From a bacterium (GTDB lineage: Bacteria > Patescibacteriota > Minisyncoccia > Phycocordibacterales > CAIZLB01), in NCBI GenBank assembly GCA_031411135.1, contig JANOAN010000003.1:10614-74613 (forward strand): a DNA stretch of 64,000 nucleotides, in the 5' to 3' direction. The position numbers and the translations under genes are program-made. The first letter of the stretch is position 1; each line of letters opens with the position of its first letter. Shown in pieces: positions 19,566 to 29,759 of this stretch. The notes beneath the pieces were generated by a model. That model made no database searches, had not been told where the DNA came from, and saw nothing but the letters and a program-made list of their open reading frames with translations.

Positions 19566-21296
19566 ATGCCCCCAAGCGCAAAAACTCCAAGCATTTTCAG
19601 CATTCTTACCCCTTACAGAAAAATGATTGTATGGCTTATTATTCTTGCCACCTTTGCTAATGGTTTATCACTATTCCTACCTAAACTTATCTCAATCGTC
19701 ATAGATTCATACATTAAAGGAGTTCTGAACCTAAATACCCTTATTCTTGAATTCGGTTCTCTTACCCTGGGTATTCTTCTATTCACATACTTGTATACTG
19801 TATTGGAAATTTACGCCTCAGAAAAAGTCGGCAGAGATATAAGGTCACAACTTGTTACTAAAATTTCTAAACAAAGTTACAGATTTATCGCTGATAAAAA
19901 TCCTTCAAAACTTTTAACAACCATCACTTCTGATATTGATTCAATTAAAATGTTTGTTGGACAGGCCATAGTCTCTCTTGTTTCTTCGACTGTGATCATT
20001 ATTGGTGCCGTTATTATTCTACTTACAATTGATTGGCAACTTGCACTTGCGGTCATTACAATCATTCCAGTTATTGGCATTACTTTCTTTGTCATCTTAA
20101 AAATGGTACGAAAACTATTTGTTCAAAGTCGAGAAGTGGTTGATTGGCTCAACAAGGTAATCAGTGAAAGTATTATAGGCTCTGCATTAATCCGAGTTTT
20201 GCATACCGAAAATCTAGAGGAGGATAAATTTAGCGTTGCGAATGCTAAAGCACGTGACACTGGAATTTCTATTCTTAAATTATTTTCACTCCTGATTCCA
20301 ATTATTACTTTTGTATCAAGTATTGGCTCACTAATTGTAGTTACACTCGGTGGATACTATGTAGTAAACGGATCAATGAGTTTAGGTTCTTTTGCTGCAT
20401 TTACTAACTACATTACAATCCTCATCTTCCCTATTTTAGTTATTGGTTTTATCAGTAACATTATTGCCCAAGCTAGTGCTTCATACGGACGTATATATGA
20501 AGTGCTTCAATCCCCAGATGAAAAAGATTCTGGGAATTTTAGCGCACCACTCACAGGAGAAATTAATATAAAAAATGTAACGCTTTCATACGGCGAAAAG
20601 CCTGCTTTGAAAGACGTTTCGATTTCAATAAAAGCGAAAACTAAAACCGCTATTATTGGTCCTACCGCTGCGGGTAAGACTCAGTTATTAAATGTGCTCG
20701 CAGGACTTACTTCTCCACAATCTGGTTCTGTTGAATACGATGGTCATAAAATTTCTGAATACTCTCACACCTCATTTTACCCACAGATTGGTTTAGTCTT
20801 TCAAGACAGTGTTCTGTTCAATACAACACTCCGAGAAAATATTGCTTTTAGCACGACAGTGACTAATGAATCACTTGAAAAGGCCATTGAAACTGCAGAG
20901 CTTTCTGACTTTATTAGCACCTTACCGGAAGGTTTGGATTCAATTGTGTCGGAGCGTGGAACTTCCCTTTCTGGTGGGCAAAAGCAGCGGTTGATGTTGG
21001 CACGCGCACTTGCACTTAATCCTAAAATTTTATTCCTTGATGATTTCACTGCTAGAGTCGATGCACAAACAGAAAAGAAGATCTTGGCTAATGTTGTAAA
21101 AAATTATCCAGGGCTGACATTAATTTCAATTACTCAAAAAATTGCTCCAATTGAAAGTTACGATCAAATTATTCTATTAATGGAAGGAGAAGTTCTGGCA
21201 CAAGGTACTCACAAAGAACTTCTAAAAATCTCACCTGAATATGTCCAAATTTATGAATCTCAAAAATCAACAGAAAATTATGAACTACGAACTTAA
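19566..21296 (+). CDS. ABC transporter permease/ATP-binding protein (exporter half, type 1)
   Basis: Six-TM domain followed by Walker A GPTAAGKT, signature LSGGQKQR and Walker B ILFLDD. Confidence 0.9.
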   Translation: MPPSAKTPSIFSILTPYRKMIVWLIILATFANGLSLFLPKLISIVIDSYIKGVLNLNTLILEFGSLTLGILLFTYLYTVLEIYASEKVGRDIRSQLVTKISKQSYRFIADKNPSKLLTTITSDIDSIKMFVGQAIVSLVSSTVIIIGAVIILLTIDWQLALAVITIIPVIGITFFVILKMVRKLFVQSREVVDWLNKVISESIIGSALIRVLHTENLEEDKFSVANAKARDTGISILKLFSLLIPIITFVSSIGSLIVVTLGGYYVVNGSMSLGSFAAFTNYITILIFPILVIGFISNIIAQASASYGRIYEVLQSPDEKDSGNFSAPLTGEINIKNVTLSYGEKPALKDVSISIKAKTKTAIIGPTAAGKTQLLNVLAGLTSPQSGSVEYDGHKISEYSHTSFYPQIGLVFQDSVLFNTTLRENIAFSTTVTNESLEKAIETAELSDFISTLPEGLDSIVSERGTSLSGGQKQRLMLARALALNPKILFLDDFTARVDAQTEKKILANVVKNYPGLTLISITQKIAPIESYDQIILLMEGEVLAQGTHKELLKISPEYVQIYESQKSTENYELRT

Positions 21297-23031
21297 TTCA
21301 GAGCAAAATAAGAATAAGGTTTCTGCATGGAAAGCCATCAAAAGCTTGCTTCCCATACTTTCAGGCGAAAGCAGTATTTTGATCTATGCAAGTATTGCCA
21401 CCATTCTAAACTCGGCTGTAAACCTAATTGCACCGCTCATTATTGCCCATGTGGTTGATACGTACATCGTTACAAAGCAATTTGGTGGGGTTGTCACTTT
21501 CTCATTTATTCTTTTGGGACTTTATGTTTTTGGACTTTTTACAAGTTACGCTCAAACGAGGCTGATGGGAGGAACAGGTCAGAGAGTACTATTCAACCTT
21601 CGAACAAAAATATTCAACAAGGTCCAAGAACTTCCTACCGCGTTTTTTAATGCAAACAAAGCTGGAGATTTAATATCTAGAATCAACAACGATACTGACA
21701 AGCTAAATCAATTTTTCTCACAGACACTTGTACGATTTGTCGGAAGCATTGTCATTATGATTGGTGCGGGAATCTTCTTGCTATCGATCAATTTAAAACT
21801 TGGCGTAGCGACACTATTCCCTGCTTTTCTATTATTGATAATCACCAGAGCCCTTTCACCTTGGGTTAAAAGGGCAAACACAGTATCACTTAAATCAACC
21901 GGTGGTTTGTCTGCTGAAATTTCGGAAAGTTTACAAAATTTTAAAGTGGTAGTTGCGTTTAATCGTCGAGACTTTTTCCGTAAACGTTTTGAAGTGGCAA
22001 ATGATGATAACTATAAATCTGCAATCAAAGCTGGTGTTGCAAGTAATATTTTTACGCCGATTTTTGAATTTGCCGCAAACCTTGCACAGCTAATTGTTCT
22101 TGCGTACGGGGTTTACTTGATTACAAATGGAAACTTCACACTTGGTTTGTTATTCGGATTTTTGGCTTATGTTGCAAACTTTTACAATCCCCTTCGTCAG
22201 CTTGCTAACCTTTGGTCAAACTTTCAGGTCGCCCTTGCTGGGTGGGATAGAATTTCGGCAATATTAAATATGGAAAATGGTATGCAGGTTTTACCAAAAA
22301 ATAATGAATCGGGAGCTGGAATCATTGAATTCAAAAATGTTTCGTTTAGTTATTCAGAAGAGAAAAAAGTTTTAAGTAATTTAAATTTTGTTTTGGAGAA
22401 AGGTAAAACTTATGCACTGGTTGGACCAACATGTGGAGGTAAAACAACAACCGCCTCCCTCATGGCACGACTATATGACCCAACTGAAGGAATTGTATTT
22501 CTAGATGGAAAGGATATTCGAACCTTTTTTGCATCTGAAACAACTCAAAAGATTGGGTTTATTTTACAGGAACCTATTCTCTTTTCTGGAACAGTTAAGG
22601 AAAACATTCTTTACGGAAATGAAAAGTACAAAGATTTTAGTAATGAAGATTTTGAAAAAGTATTAAAGACTGCAGGACTTGATGGGCTATTAGTTCGATT
22701 TGATGGAGGACTTTCTGCAAAAGTTACAATGTCCGATGCCCTATCGCTTGGTCAGAAGCAATTGATTGCATTTATGAGAGCAGTGCTCCGAGAACCTGAG
22801 TTATTAATTTTGGACGAAGCGACTGCGAATATTGATACGGTGACAGAACAATTGTTGGAAGAGATTTTGAAGAAATTACCGAAGGAGACTACGAGAGTGA
22901 TTATTGCACATAGGTTGAATACGATTGAGAATGCAGATGAGATTTTCTTTGTGAATGGGGGTGGAATTACATTGGCAGGTTCGATGGAGCATGCGGTGGA
23001 GATGTTGTTGCATGGGAAGAGGGAGAGTTAG
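21280..23031 (+). CDS. ABC transporter permease/ATP-binding protein (exporter half, type 2)
   Basis: TM domain followed by Walker A GPTCGGKT, a degenerate signature LSLGQKQL, and Walker B LLILDE. I prefer the start MNYELNS at 21280, which overlaps the upstream stop by 17 nt. Together the two genes look like a heterodimeric exporter. Confidence 0.85.
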   Translation: MNYELNSEQNKNKVSAWKAIKSLLPILSGESSILIYASIATILNSAVNLIAPLIIAHVVDTYIVTKQFGGVVTFSFILLGLYVFGLFTSYAQTRLMGGTGQRVLFNLRTKIFNKVQELPTAFFNANKAGDLISRINNDTDKLNQFFSQTLVRFVGSIVIMIGAGIFLLSINLKLGVATLFPAFLLLIITRALSPWVKRANTVSLKSTGGLSAEISESLQNFKVVVAFNRRDFFRKRFEVANDDNYKSAIKAGVASNIFTPIFEFAANLAQLIVLAYGVYLITNGNFTLGLLFGFLAYVANFYNPLRQLANLWSNFQVALAGWDRISAILNMENGMQVLPKNNESGAGIIEFKNVSFSYSEEKKVLSNLNFVLEKGKTYALVGPTCGGKTTTASLMARLYDPTEGIVFLDGKDIRTFFASETTQKIGFILQEPILFSGTVKENILYGNEKYKDFSNEDFEKVLKTAGLDGLLVRFDGGLSAKVTMSDALSLGQKQLIAFMRAVLREPELLILDEATANIDTVTEQLLEEILKKLPKETTRVIIAHRLNTIENADEIFFVNGGGITLAGSMEHAVEMLLHGKRES

Positions 23032-23127
23032 TTTAAGACCTAGACATTTAGTTATTTTATTATATAAAGTGCATAAGCGCCGGAATGCATCCGGATGGCA
23101 AGTACAAAACTTCACACCTCGCCGTAA

Positions 23128-23442
23128 TTGAAAATGAATAAATATGACTCGTTAGTAGACACCTCTCGCACGTTAACTGATGCAGACTGGGAACGCGTGC
23201 TCTCTCAGGAATATCGGAAGACTCCCAGAAAACAGGAGAGCATACTCTCCTTCCTTCGAAAACTTCGAGCTAATGGACTCAGTTCCCCTGACAAAGATGT
23301 GGACTGCTTCTGTTATGCAGACCAACTGATCGTCAACAAATTGAACCCTGACCTCATCCTCATTCCAGAAAAGAAAGACTGGGGAACCAATAGTAATGGG
23401 TTTGATTCGACAAAACTTCGGCTTTTCTATCGCAAAAAATAG
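23128..23442 (+). CDS. hypothetical protein (orphan)
   Basis: A 104 aa ORF followed by the terminator at 23465..23497. The antisense ORF 23173..23445 is judged to be an artefact. Confidence 0.4.
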   Translation: MKMNKYDSLVDTSRTLTDADWERVLSQEYRKTPRKQESILSFLRKLRANGLSSPDKDVDCFCYADQLIVNKLNPDLILIPEKKDWGTNSNGFDSTKLRLFYRKK

Positions 23443-23464
23443 CAACTGGGAACCCTCCCCTCAT

Positions 23465-23497
23465 CAGGCGCCATCTACGGATGGCGCCTGTTTTTTT
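23465..23497 (+). terminator. intrinsic terminator
   Basis: CAGGCGCCAU-CUACGG-AUGGCGCCUG followed by U7. Confidence 0.75.
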
Positions 23498-23678
23498 ACC
23501 CTCACATTGACACCACCCCTCCCCCATGTTACAATCTCTCTGTTAACTTATCTTAAAGGTTTTTCTTTTCAGGACTCACCTCCTCAAACTATCTAGCTCA
23601 CATATACAGAGCTTATCTAAAACTCGCAAGATCCACCGGTCACCAATTATTTTAAAGACTGGAAGTTTACGATAAAGC

Positions 23679-25199
23679 ATGTATCCAAAATCAAACAGCG
23701 CTGGTCCTCGGACTGGCAGTCATTCGCCTAAGCGAAGTTATTCATCATCAAAACCCCGCACAGGTGGCTATTCAGCCCCTGCGGGTTCAGGTTCTTCTAT
23801 TGGACGTTCATCCTCTGGTGGAAGACCTTTTAATGCACGAGCAGCCTACGGCACTGGTTCGGGCTATTCAGCACGACCTGCATCATCTGCACCAAGTCGT
23901 TCATATAGCTCAAGACCTGCATCTGGTGCCCCTTCTCGCTCATACAGCAGTGCTCCTCGCCCTTCATACGGCGCGCCACGTCCTTACAACACTGGCCCTG
24001 GATCACGACCATCATTTGGTGGTTCTCGTGGCGGTTCATCATACGGAGGCGGACGAGGTGGCTACCAAACACGACGCCCAGCTAAAAACTTTGGAACACG
24101 AATCGATCCTTCTCGTTTTATCAACAAAGCAATCGTTACCGAAGTGGTTGAAGTTTACAGCCCTAAACACACCTTTGCAGATTTTCAAATCAATGAAGAA
24201 TTGAAAGCTTCTATTATTGCGAAGGGTTACAAAACCCCTACCCCCATTCAGGATGGCGCAATTCCTAAAATCCTCGAAGGCGTGGATGTTATTGGACTTG
24301 CCAATACTGGTACTGGAAAAACAGCGGCGTTTTTAATTCCACTTATTCATAAAATATTATTGAACCGGGACGAACAAGTTATGGTTATTGCACCAACTCG
24401 TGAACTTGCGATTCAGATCGAACAGGAATTAGTTCAGTTCACAAAGGGATTGAAAATTTATTCTGTATGTTGTGTTGGAGGTGCGAACATTGTTCCACAA
24501 ATCCGAGCACTTCGAATGCATAACAACTTCGTGATTGGTACACCAGGACGATTGAAAGATTTAATCTCGACAGGACGAATAGTTCTCTCACGATTTAATA
24601 CAATCGTTCTTGATGAAGCTGACCGAATGTTGGATATGGGATTCGTAAACGATATGCGATTCATTATGGCCGGAATGCCAAAGACAAGACAGACTCTGTT
24701 CTTCTCTGCGACAGTTTCACCTGAAATTGAAAGATTGATTCAGGAGTTTTTGAAAAACCCTGTACGAATTTCAGTTAAGAGCCGAGATACTTCTAAAAAC
24801 ATTGATCAGGACGTTATCAGAGTTCCTCGTGGCGCTGATAAAGTTCAGATCTTGAGCGATCTATTAAAGAAGCCGGAATTTAGTAAAGTAATTATTTTCG
24901 GACGAACTAAACACGGAGTTGCAAAGCTTTCTGACATGCTTGTTAAAAATGGTTTCAAGTCTGAAGCCATTCACGGTAACCTCAATCACTCTGGACGACA
25001 GAGAGCGCTTACAGGATTCAAAGCTGGAAATACTCAGGTTCTAGTAGCAACTGATGTTGCCGCTCGAGGATTGGATATTTCTAATGTGAGTCACGTGATA
25101 AACTTTGATCTACCTGCCACTTATGACGACTATGTTCACCGAATTGGACGAACAGGACGAGGAGACAAGAAAGGAACTGCCCTTACATTCGTAGAGTAA
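23679..25199 (+). CDS. DEAD-box ATP-dependent RNA helicase with an N-terminal low-complexity S/R/G/Y/P-rich extension
   Basis: Q-motif (FADF..TPIQ), motif I ANTGTGKTAAF, DEAD, SAT and HRIGRTGR. The first ~140 aa are repetitive (RPASSAPSRSYSS / RPASGAPSRSYSS, GGSRGGSSYGGGRGGY). Confidence 0.9.
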   Translation: MYPKSNSAGPRTGSHSPKRSYSSSKPRTGGYSAPAGSGSSIGRSSSGGRPFNARAAYGTGSGYSARPASSAPSRSYSSRPASGAPSRSYSSAPRPSYGAPRPYNTGPGSRPSFGGSRGGSSYGGGRGGYQTRRPAKNFGTRIDPSRFINKAIVTEVVEVYSPKHTFADFQINEELKASIIAKGYKTPTPIQDGAIPKILEGVDVIGLANTGTGKTAAFLIPLIHKILLNRDEQVMVIAPTRELAIQIEQELVQFTKGLKIYSVCCVGGANIVPQIRALRMHNNFVIGTPGRLKDLISTGRIVLSRFNTIVLDEADRMLDMGFVNDMRFIMAGMPKTRQTLFFSATVSPEIERLIQEFLKNPVRISVKSRDTSKNIDQDVIRVPRGADKVQILSDLLKKPEFSKVIIFGRTKHGVAKLSDMLVKNGFKSEAIHGNLNHSGRQRALTGFKAGNTQVLVATDVAARGLDISNVSHVINFDLPATYDDYVHRIGRTGRGDKKGTALTFVE

Positions 25200-25269
25200 T
25201 TAATACTTATATAAACATCTCTTAACATACCCATTGAGCCAAACTCGATGGGTATGTTAGTATAAAAAT

Positions 25270-25974
25270 ATGAAAGCCCCCGCCAAACTTGTACTAATTC
25301 GTCACGCTGAATCAGAAAGAAATGCAGCACTCAATGGTGGTTTTTTTCTAAATGACCCAGATATTTTACAAAAAGTTGGAAAAGTACCTGATCATAGAAT
25401 ACCCATAACTGAGCACGGTAAATCTCAAGCTAAAAAAACTTCTTCTAAATTACTAGAAATTCATGGGATTCCAGACGTAGTTTTTCATTCTGGATATACA
25501 AGAACTAAACAAACAGCTGAAGGTGTTTTAAGCGATTATCCAGAAAATGCAAATCTTTCAATAAAAGAAGACCTTCTTATTCGCGAACGAGAAGGTGGTT
25601 ATCCATATACATTATTAGAATCTGAAAAAGATCTACACTTCCCTTATTTACAAGATTATTGGAACGTTGTCGGTGGAATATTTTCTCGCCCTGTTGGAGG
25701 AGAAAGCCTAATGGATGTTGTTGAGAATAGACTAAAGCCTTTCTTAGAAAATTTAAATAAAAACTATTCTGGAAAAACAATATTTCTAGTGACGCACGGA
25801 AGAGTGATTCAGTGTATGCGCTTTATTCTAGACGAAATGTCTTTGGAAGAAATGGAAAAGTTTATAGCTGATAATAAATCGTCACCTCGAAATTGTAGCG
25901 TAGCGGTTTATAAATACGATTCAAAAGAAGAAAAATTAAAATTAGACTCTTGGGATCAAGTTTACTGGGAATAA
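25270..25974 (+). CDS. histidine phosphatase family protein (phosphoglycerate mutase-like)
   Basis: RHAES catalytic motif (LVLIRHAESERN) and a later THGRV motif. Confidence 0.8.
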   Translation: MKAPAKLVLIRHAESERNAALNGGFFLNDPDILQKVGKVPDHRIPITEHGKSQAKKTSSKLLEIHGIPDVVFHSGYTRTKQTAEGVLSDYPENANLSIKEDLLIREREGGYPYTLLESEKDLHFPYLQDYWNVVGGIFSRPVGGESLMDVVENRLKPFLENLNKNYSGKTIFLVTHGRVIQCMRFILDEMSLEEMEKFIADNKSSPRNCSVAVYKYDSKEEKLKLDSWDQVYWE

Positions 25975-26582
25975 GTAAGAGATAAACCGCCGGTCCGAAA
26001 ATCGGGCCGGCGGTTTGACGCTTCAAGATGAGCTTTCAAATACCGCTTCAGTGCGGGACCAAACTCACTTCCGCACCTCTTCAGGTATCCAGAAATGACT
26101 TCGGAGCCAATTTTCTTGTTATTTCTTTGCGCAGCCCTCACCCAGGACTTCATCTCTGATCCAATCCGACGGATTACTACTTGTCCGTCATTGTTCAGAA
26201 AAACGCTGACGAATTCATCCGGATCCCATCCGCGGGCTTCTTTCCGGATAACACAGGCGATGAGCATCTCACGCTCGACACCACTTCCATCCTCTGGATA
26301 AATCAATCCCAAGGGGAGGAACAACCCTCCGAATTTTTCTGATTGATTCAAAATTCCTTCAATCAGATTCAGGCCGTTAAGCTGTGCCGTGTAGAGATTT
26401 TCCATCACTGCCCTTTTTTCTCCAATTCGCTTCTTTTTGGCCGTTTGGACTTGGATAGCCCAGATGGCCATTCCAATGAGTAGTGCGAGTGATGTCCAAA
26501 AGAGGACCAACATACGGTTGTACGCTACATTGCCACTTTGACGAGCAGGGGCGACTCCAGTAGTGAGTGCGGGTGTGTTCAT
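25962..26582 (-). CDS. hypothetical membrane-anchored protein (GC-rich orphan)
   Basis: A 206 aa ORF with a single N-terminal TM helix (MLVLFWTSLALLIGMAIWAI). No family recognised. Confidence 0.5.
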   Translation of the reverse strand: MNTPALTTGVAPARQSGNVAYNRMLVLFWTSLALLIGMAIWAIQVQTAKKKRIGEKRAVMENLYTAQLNGLNLIEGILNQSEKFGGLFLPLGLIYPEDGSGVEREMLIACVIRKEARGWDPDEFVSVFLNNDGQVVIRRIGSEMKSWVRAAQRNNKKIGSEVISGYLKRCGSEFGPALKRYLKAHLEASNRRPDFRTGGLSLTYSQ

Positions 26583-26695
26583 AGAGTACTGAACTCATTA
26601 GTATTAATAAGTGCAAAACGCTGTGAAAAACCAACTAGGAACTTTATCTGTATTAAGCCTATTCCTCCACATTAATAATGTCAATGTGTCAACTG

Positions 26696-26779
26696 TGCGC
26701 GGGAGAAGACTCGAACTTCCACGCCCGTAAGGGCGCTACCACCTCAAGGTAGTGCGTCTACCAATTTCGCCACCCGCGC
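26696..26779 (-). tRNA. tRNA-Leu (anticodon GAG)
   Basis: Hand fold on the minus strand. Acceptor GCGCGGG/CCCGCGC, anticodon stem-loop CUACC-UUGAGGU-GGUAG, a long variable arm, and T-arm GGAAG-UUCGAGU-CUUCU (4 bp plus one G.U). Confidence 0.85.
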
Positions 26780-26839
26780 ATGAGTCGTACTATACCAAAA
26801 TAAAAAAACCTTACAATTACTGTAAGGTTTTTTTATTTC

Positions 26840-27247
26840 TTATTTAACTTCTACTGCTTCTGTCTCTACCACTTCGTCTACTATTCCTGCTCGTGCCTTG
26901 ATTAGTTCTGTCTTCATTCGCTTAGAGATTTCCTTCGCTGCCTTATCTCGGATGAAGTACAACTTTGATCGTCTTGTCTTTGATCGTCGTAGGACTTCGA
27001 TCTTGTCGATCATTGGTGAGTGTAGAGGGAAAATTCTTTCTACTCCCCATCCATTTGATGACTTTCGTACTGTAAAAGTAGCACCTGCCTCTGCTCCGTG
27101 CTTTCTCGACAAAACAAGACCTTCGAAGATCTGGATTCGAGTCTTGCCTTTTTCCTGAATTTTCTGGTGAACTTTAACAGTGTCTCCAGCCTTCATATCA
27201 AGGTCTTTTCGCTCTTTTGTGTTGTTTTTTGCTAGTGTGATTGCCAT
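26840..27247 (-). CDS. rplS: 50S ribosomal protein L19
   Basis: [31 protein letters not shown] and ERIFPLHSP motifs. The acidic C-terminal tail is longer than usual. Confidence 0.9.
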   Translation of the reverse strand: MAITLAKNNTKERKDLDMKAGDTVKVHQKIQEKGKTRIQIFEGLVLSRKHGAEAGATFTVRKSSNGWGVERIFPLHSPMIDKIEVLRRSKTRRSKLYFIRDKAAKEISKRMKTELIKARAGIVDEVVETEAVEVK

Positions 27248-27278
27248 GGGAAGATAATATAGCAGAAGATACGGACCT

Positions 27279-27806
27279 TTACAAGAGGTCTCCCTCTATG
27301 TGGCTCAGTATAAAGTTAACCCTCTCCTCTGGTGGTAGAACCGGCACAGAGACTGGTTTATACCCAGAATGCTTATAGGCATCGATTATAGCTAGGTGGA
27401 TTTTTAGTCCCTCGTCCTTGTCTTCCCAACGAGACGTATCATTTTCATAAAATGGTAGTGGATCTAGTACGAAAACTTTCTCATACCTACCTCTTCCTAG
27501 CTTCTCTATTATTTCGGGTGGTTTAACTTTACCAAGAATTGAATACCCGTAACCGTCCACTATCCCTCTGTCATGAAAAGTCACCGCTTCGGTATCCATT
27601 TCTTCCAGTTTCAACTGCCTCTCTGCAACTAATTCTTGAAAACTTTGCAGATTAATCCAAGGCAAAGCATCGCTTCCCTTCATCTTCTCTTCTTCCATAA
27701 TCATGCGTGCTGCTTCAGGAACGACCTTATGCCCACGCGAAGCCAAGATTTCAATGACTGTTGTCTTCCCTATTCCTGGCCCACCGGTGATAACGTATTT
27801 CTTCAT
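27279..27806 (-). CDS. AAA-type ATPase (AAA_28 / NadR-kinase-like P-loop protein)
   Basis: N-terminal Walker [12 protein letters not shown] in a 175 aa protein. Confidence 0.65.
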   Translation of the reverse strand: MKKYVITGGPGIGKTTVIEILASRGHKVVPEAARMIMEEEKMKGSDALPWINLQSFQELVAERQLKLEEMDTEAVTFHDRGIVDGYGYSILGKVKPPEIIEKLGRGRYEKVFVLDPLPFYENDTSRWEDKDEGLKIHLAIIDAYKHSGYKPVSVPVLPPEERVNFILSHIEGDLL

Positions 27807-27807
27807 T

Positions 27808-28506
27808 TTAGTTACTTATTAAAGTTCCTTTAAATTCATTATTATTTATTGCATCCCTTATCGCGGTTATATTTGAACCGTTAACAACTGCGACATCTAT
27901 TCCTAAACTTTGAGCCTCTTTTGAAGCAATTGGGTCAAATGGCGACGAAAGTCCTGGGTCCCATTTTTTAGGAATAATTTTTCTAAATTCTTTCCAGCTA
28001 ATTTTTTCTACTTGCCTGGCATCTGGATATTTTCTGGGGTCTTTATTATAGACATAATCGATATTTGATAAGTTAAGAAGCTTCTCCGCTTTAAATCTTT
28101 TGGCAAGGAGGACCGCGATGTAGTCAGTTGATCTTCCAGGTTTCCAACCGGCAGCTACCAATATTGGTTTGTTGAAAATTATTTTGTCATCTATTGGATG
28201 GTTTACGATGAATTCTTCGGTGTGAGGAAGCAGGACCGTCTTAAGAAGTTGTGCATTTAATCGTGTCGAGTGAATACCGAGCCAGTCAACTTCGTCTTTG
28301 CGTAATTTTGTCACAGCACCTCCTGCTTGTTGATAGTGCCTAGCCGTTCTTCCTCCTCCGCAGATTATGATAAATCTTTTTCCTTTTTTGATTTCTGCGT
28401 TGATTAGTTTTTTAAAGTTTTGTAAGAATCCTACATCAATTTTTTCTGGGACAATCAAAGAACCGCCGACCGATATGACTATTGGTTTAGATACTTCTTT
28501 TTTCAT
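27808..28506 (-). CDS. pyrH: amino-acid-kinase family protein, archaeal-type UMP kinase-like
   Basis: VISVGGSLIVP N-terminus, the CGGGRTARHY region and 232 aa length fit archaeal-type uridylate kinases. Confidence 0.7.
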   Translation of the reverse strand: MKKEVSKPIVISVGGSLIVPEKIDVGFLQNFKKLINAEIKKGKRFIIICGGGRTARHYQQAGGAVTKLRKDEVDWLGIHSTRLNAQLLKTVLLPHTEEFIVNHPIDDKIIFNKPILVAAGWKPGRSTDYIAVLLAKRFKAEKLLNLSNIDYVYNKDPRKYPDARQVEKISWKEFRKIIPKKWDPGLSSPFDPIASKEAQSLGIDVAVVNGSNITAIRDAINNNEFKGTLISN

Positions 28507-28532
28507 GTTTTTATTATAGCTTTATTAATTCT

Positions 28533-28569
28533 TTAAAGGAAAAGCGCCGTACCCGGAGGTAGGGCGCTG
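28533..28569 (-). terminator. intrinsic terminator closing the hammerhead operon
   Basis: Minus strand: AGCGCC-CUACCUCCGGGUAC-GGCGCU followed by UUUCCUUU. It starts 18 nt after the stop of 28587..29039. Confidence 0.65.
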
Positions 28570-28586
28570 ATGACCTTTTCAAACCC

Positions 28587-29039
28587 TTAATCTGCAGGTT
28601 CCAGAGCATCGTAGTTAACCCACTGTTCCTTACAGTATCCTCGTGTATCATCTTCCCCAAATGTTTCTTCTGGTTGTTCGAGTGGTTCTATATGCACCAA
28701 CCAATCGTGAGTATGGTGTGGTGCCTTGAAACCCAATCGCTCTCCAACGTTGCGATGATCTTCGCGTTTTTGTAATATTTCGAGAGTGAGTGTTTCTTCC
28801 CCATAATGTTCAGCGGGTGTGCGAACAGCAAGCACTCGACTACGAATTTGAGTCCCGCCGATTCGTGAACCATAAGTAGATAGGACATCTAGGTTGGCGA
28901 TCACGATGTCTCCGGGCTTCACATTACATGCGGGTGTCGGTTTTTTGCATTTATTTTGGACCATGCGATTGTTGATGTAGATACTTCCGCAGAATTCGCA
29001 TTTAAGAATCTCGAGGTTGATGGTGGTGGGTTTAATCAT
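28587..29039 (-). CDS. hypothetical protein with an N-terminal CxxC..C..C zinc-ribbon-like motif (hammerhead operon gene 3)
   Basis: A 150 aa GC-rich ORF with cysteines at CEFCGS...CKKPTPAC. The ATG lies 30 nt after the end of hammerhead 1. Confidence 0.55.
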   Translation of the reverse strand: MIKPTTINLEILKCEFCGSIYINNRMVQNKCKKPTPACNVKPGDIVIANLDVLSTYGSRIGGTQIRSRVLAVRTPAEHYGEETLTLEILQKREDHRNVGERLGFKAPHHTHDWLVHIEPLEQPEETFGEDDTRGYCKEQWVNYDALEPAD

Positions 29040-29068
29040 GTTGGTTGGGATGGATTATTTATTTGTAA

Positions 29069-29148
29069 CGTGCTTCTGTTTCGTCTTGCTCTACCACTCA
29101 GTAGAGAGACTCATCAGGCAGGCTTCACATCCTGCGACAGGTGAGAGT
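29069..29148 (-). ncRNA. type III hammerhead ribozyme, copy 1
   Basis: Minus-strand read: CACCUGUC^GCAGG-AUGUGAAG-CCUGC CUGAUGAG UCU-CUCUAC-UGAGUG-GUAGAG-CA-AGA CGAAAC AG. All core positions are present (C3 U4 G5 A6 N7 G8 A9, G12 A13 A14, A15.1:U16.1, C17, G10.1:C11.1). Predicted cleavage is after C at 29136. Confidence 0.85.
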
Positions 29149-29188
29149 TTTGAAAAGTTCTCTCAACTTTTTCTATTGCACTAAGGGG

Positions 29189-29725
29189 CTATGGGAGCTT
29201 CCTTAGTTCTGCAAGAAATGTGCTGATTTTTTGCAGTCGAGCTGTGACGAGAGTGGAGCGCCGGGTCGATTCCTCCAGCATTCGAAGCTCGTCCTTTTCC
29301 TCCCATTCAAGTTGTGAGAGTGCGGTAGAGAATAGCCCCTTGTTCTTGTGAGTGAGAGCCGACCAGTTATCCCAGTCTCCTCGGCTGTCTTGCTCAGCGA
29401 AAAGAAGTTTTCCGTCTTGCACCCGGAGCATATATCCTCCAGCTTGGCATGAGCAGAAGGAGATACGATCTCCATCTTCAAGTTCTTTGCGCAAGGTCTG
29501 GAGCTTGTAGCTCAGGCAACCTCCCTCGACTGCTTCGATTCCCGCTGAGAAGTAGCCGAGGTTCAGCCTCTCTGCATCTTCTCGAGTGATTGAGCGGTGA
29601 GATCCGAATTGGATCCCGCCAAACTCGCTTCCGTCGGTAGTGTCGGCAAGGATGCTTTGGTTGGTCTTGCCTACAAAGTAGTGCTTGGCTCCGGTGAACT
29701 TTTCAGTGAATTCGATAAATTTCAT
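29189..29725 (-). CDS. hypothetical protein (hammerhead operon gene 2)
   Basis: A 178 aa GC-rich ORF. The ATG lies 34 nt after the hammerhead 2 core. No family recognised. Confidence 0.55.
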   Translation of the reverse strand: MKFIEFTEKFTGAKHYFVGKTNQSILADTTDGSEFGGIQFGSHRSITREDAERLNLGYFSAGIEAVEGGCLSYKLQTLRKELEDGDRISFCSCQAGGYMLRVQDGKLLFAEQDSRGDWDNWSALTHKNKGLFSTALSQLEWEEKDELRMLEESTRRSTLVTARLQKISTFLAELRKLP

Positions 29726-29759
29726 AGTTGGTGTTTTGTTGGGGTTTGAGTTGTAAGGT

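Noticed and set aside
23455-23497. CUGAUGAG on the minus strand (complement of CTCATCAG at 23458..23465) as a hammerhead.
   Set aside because: It directly abuts a plain terminator hairpin for the plus-strand gene. No GAAA core or stem III partner is present.
23764-24204. Track ORFs 23764..24204 (+) and 23830..24072 (-) inside the helicase gene.
   Set aside because: These are alternative-frame and antisense artefacts of the repetitive GC-rich low-complexity region. The DEAD-box frame is continuous and carries all helicase motifs.
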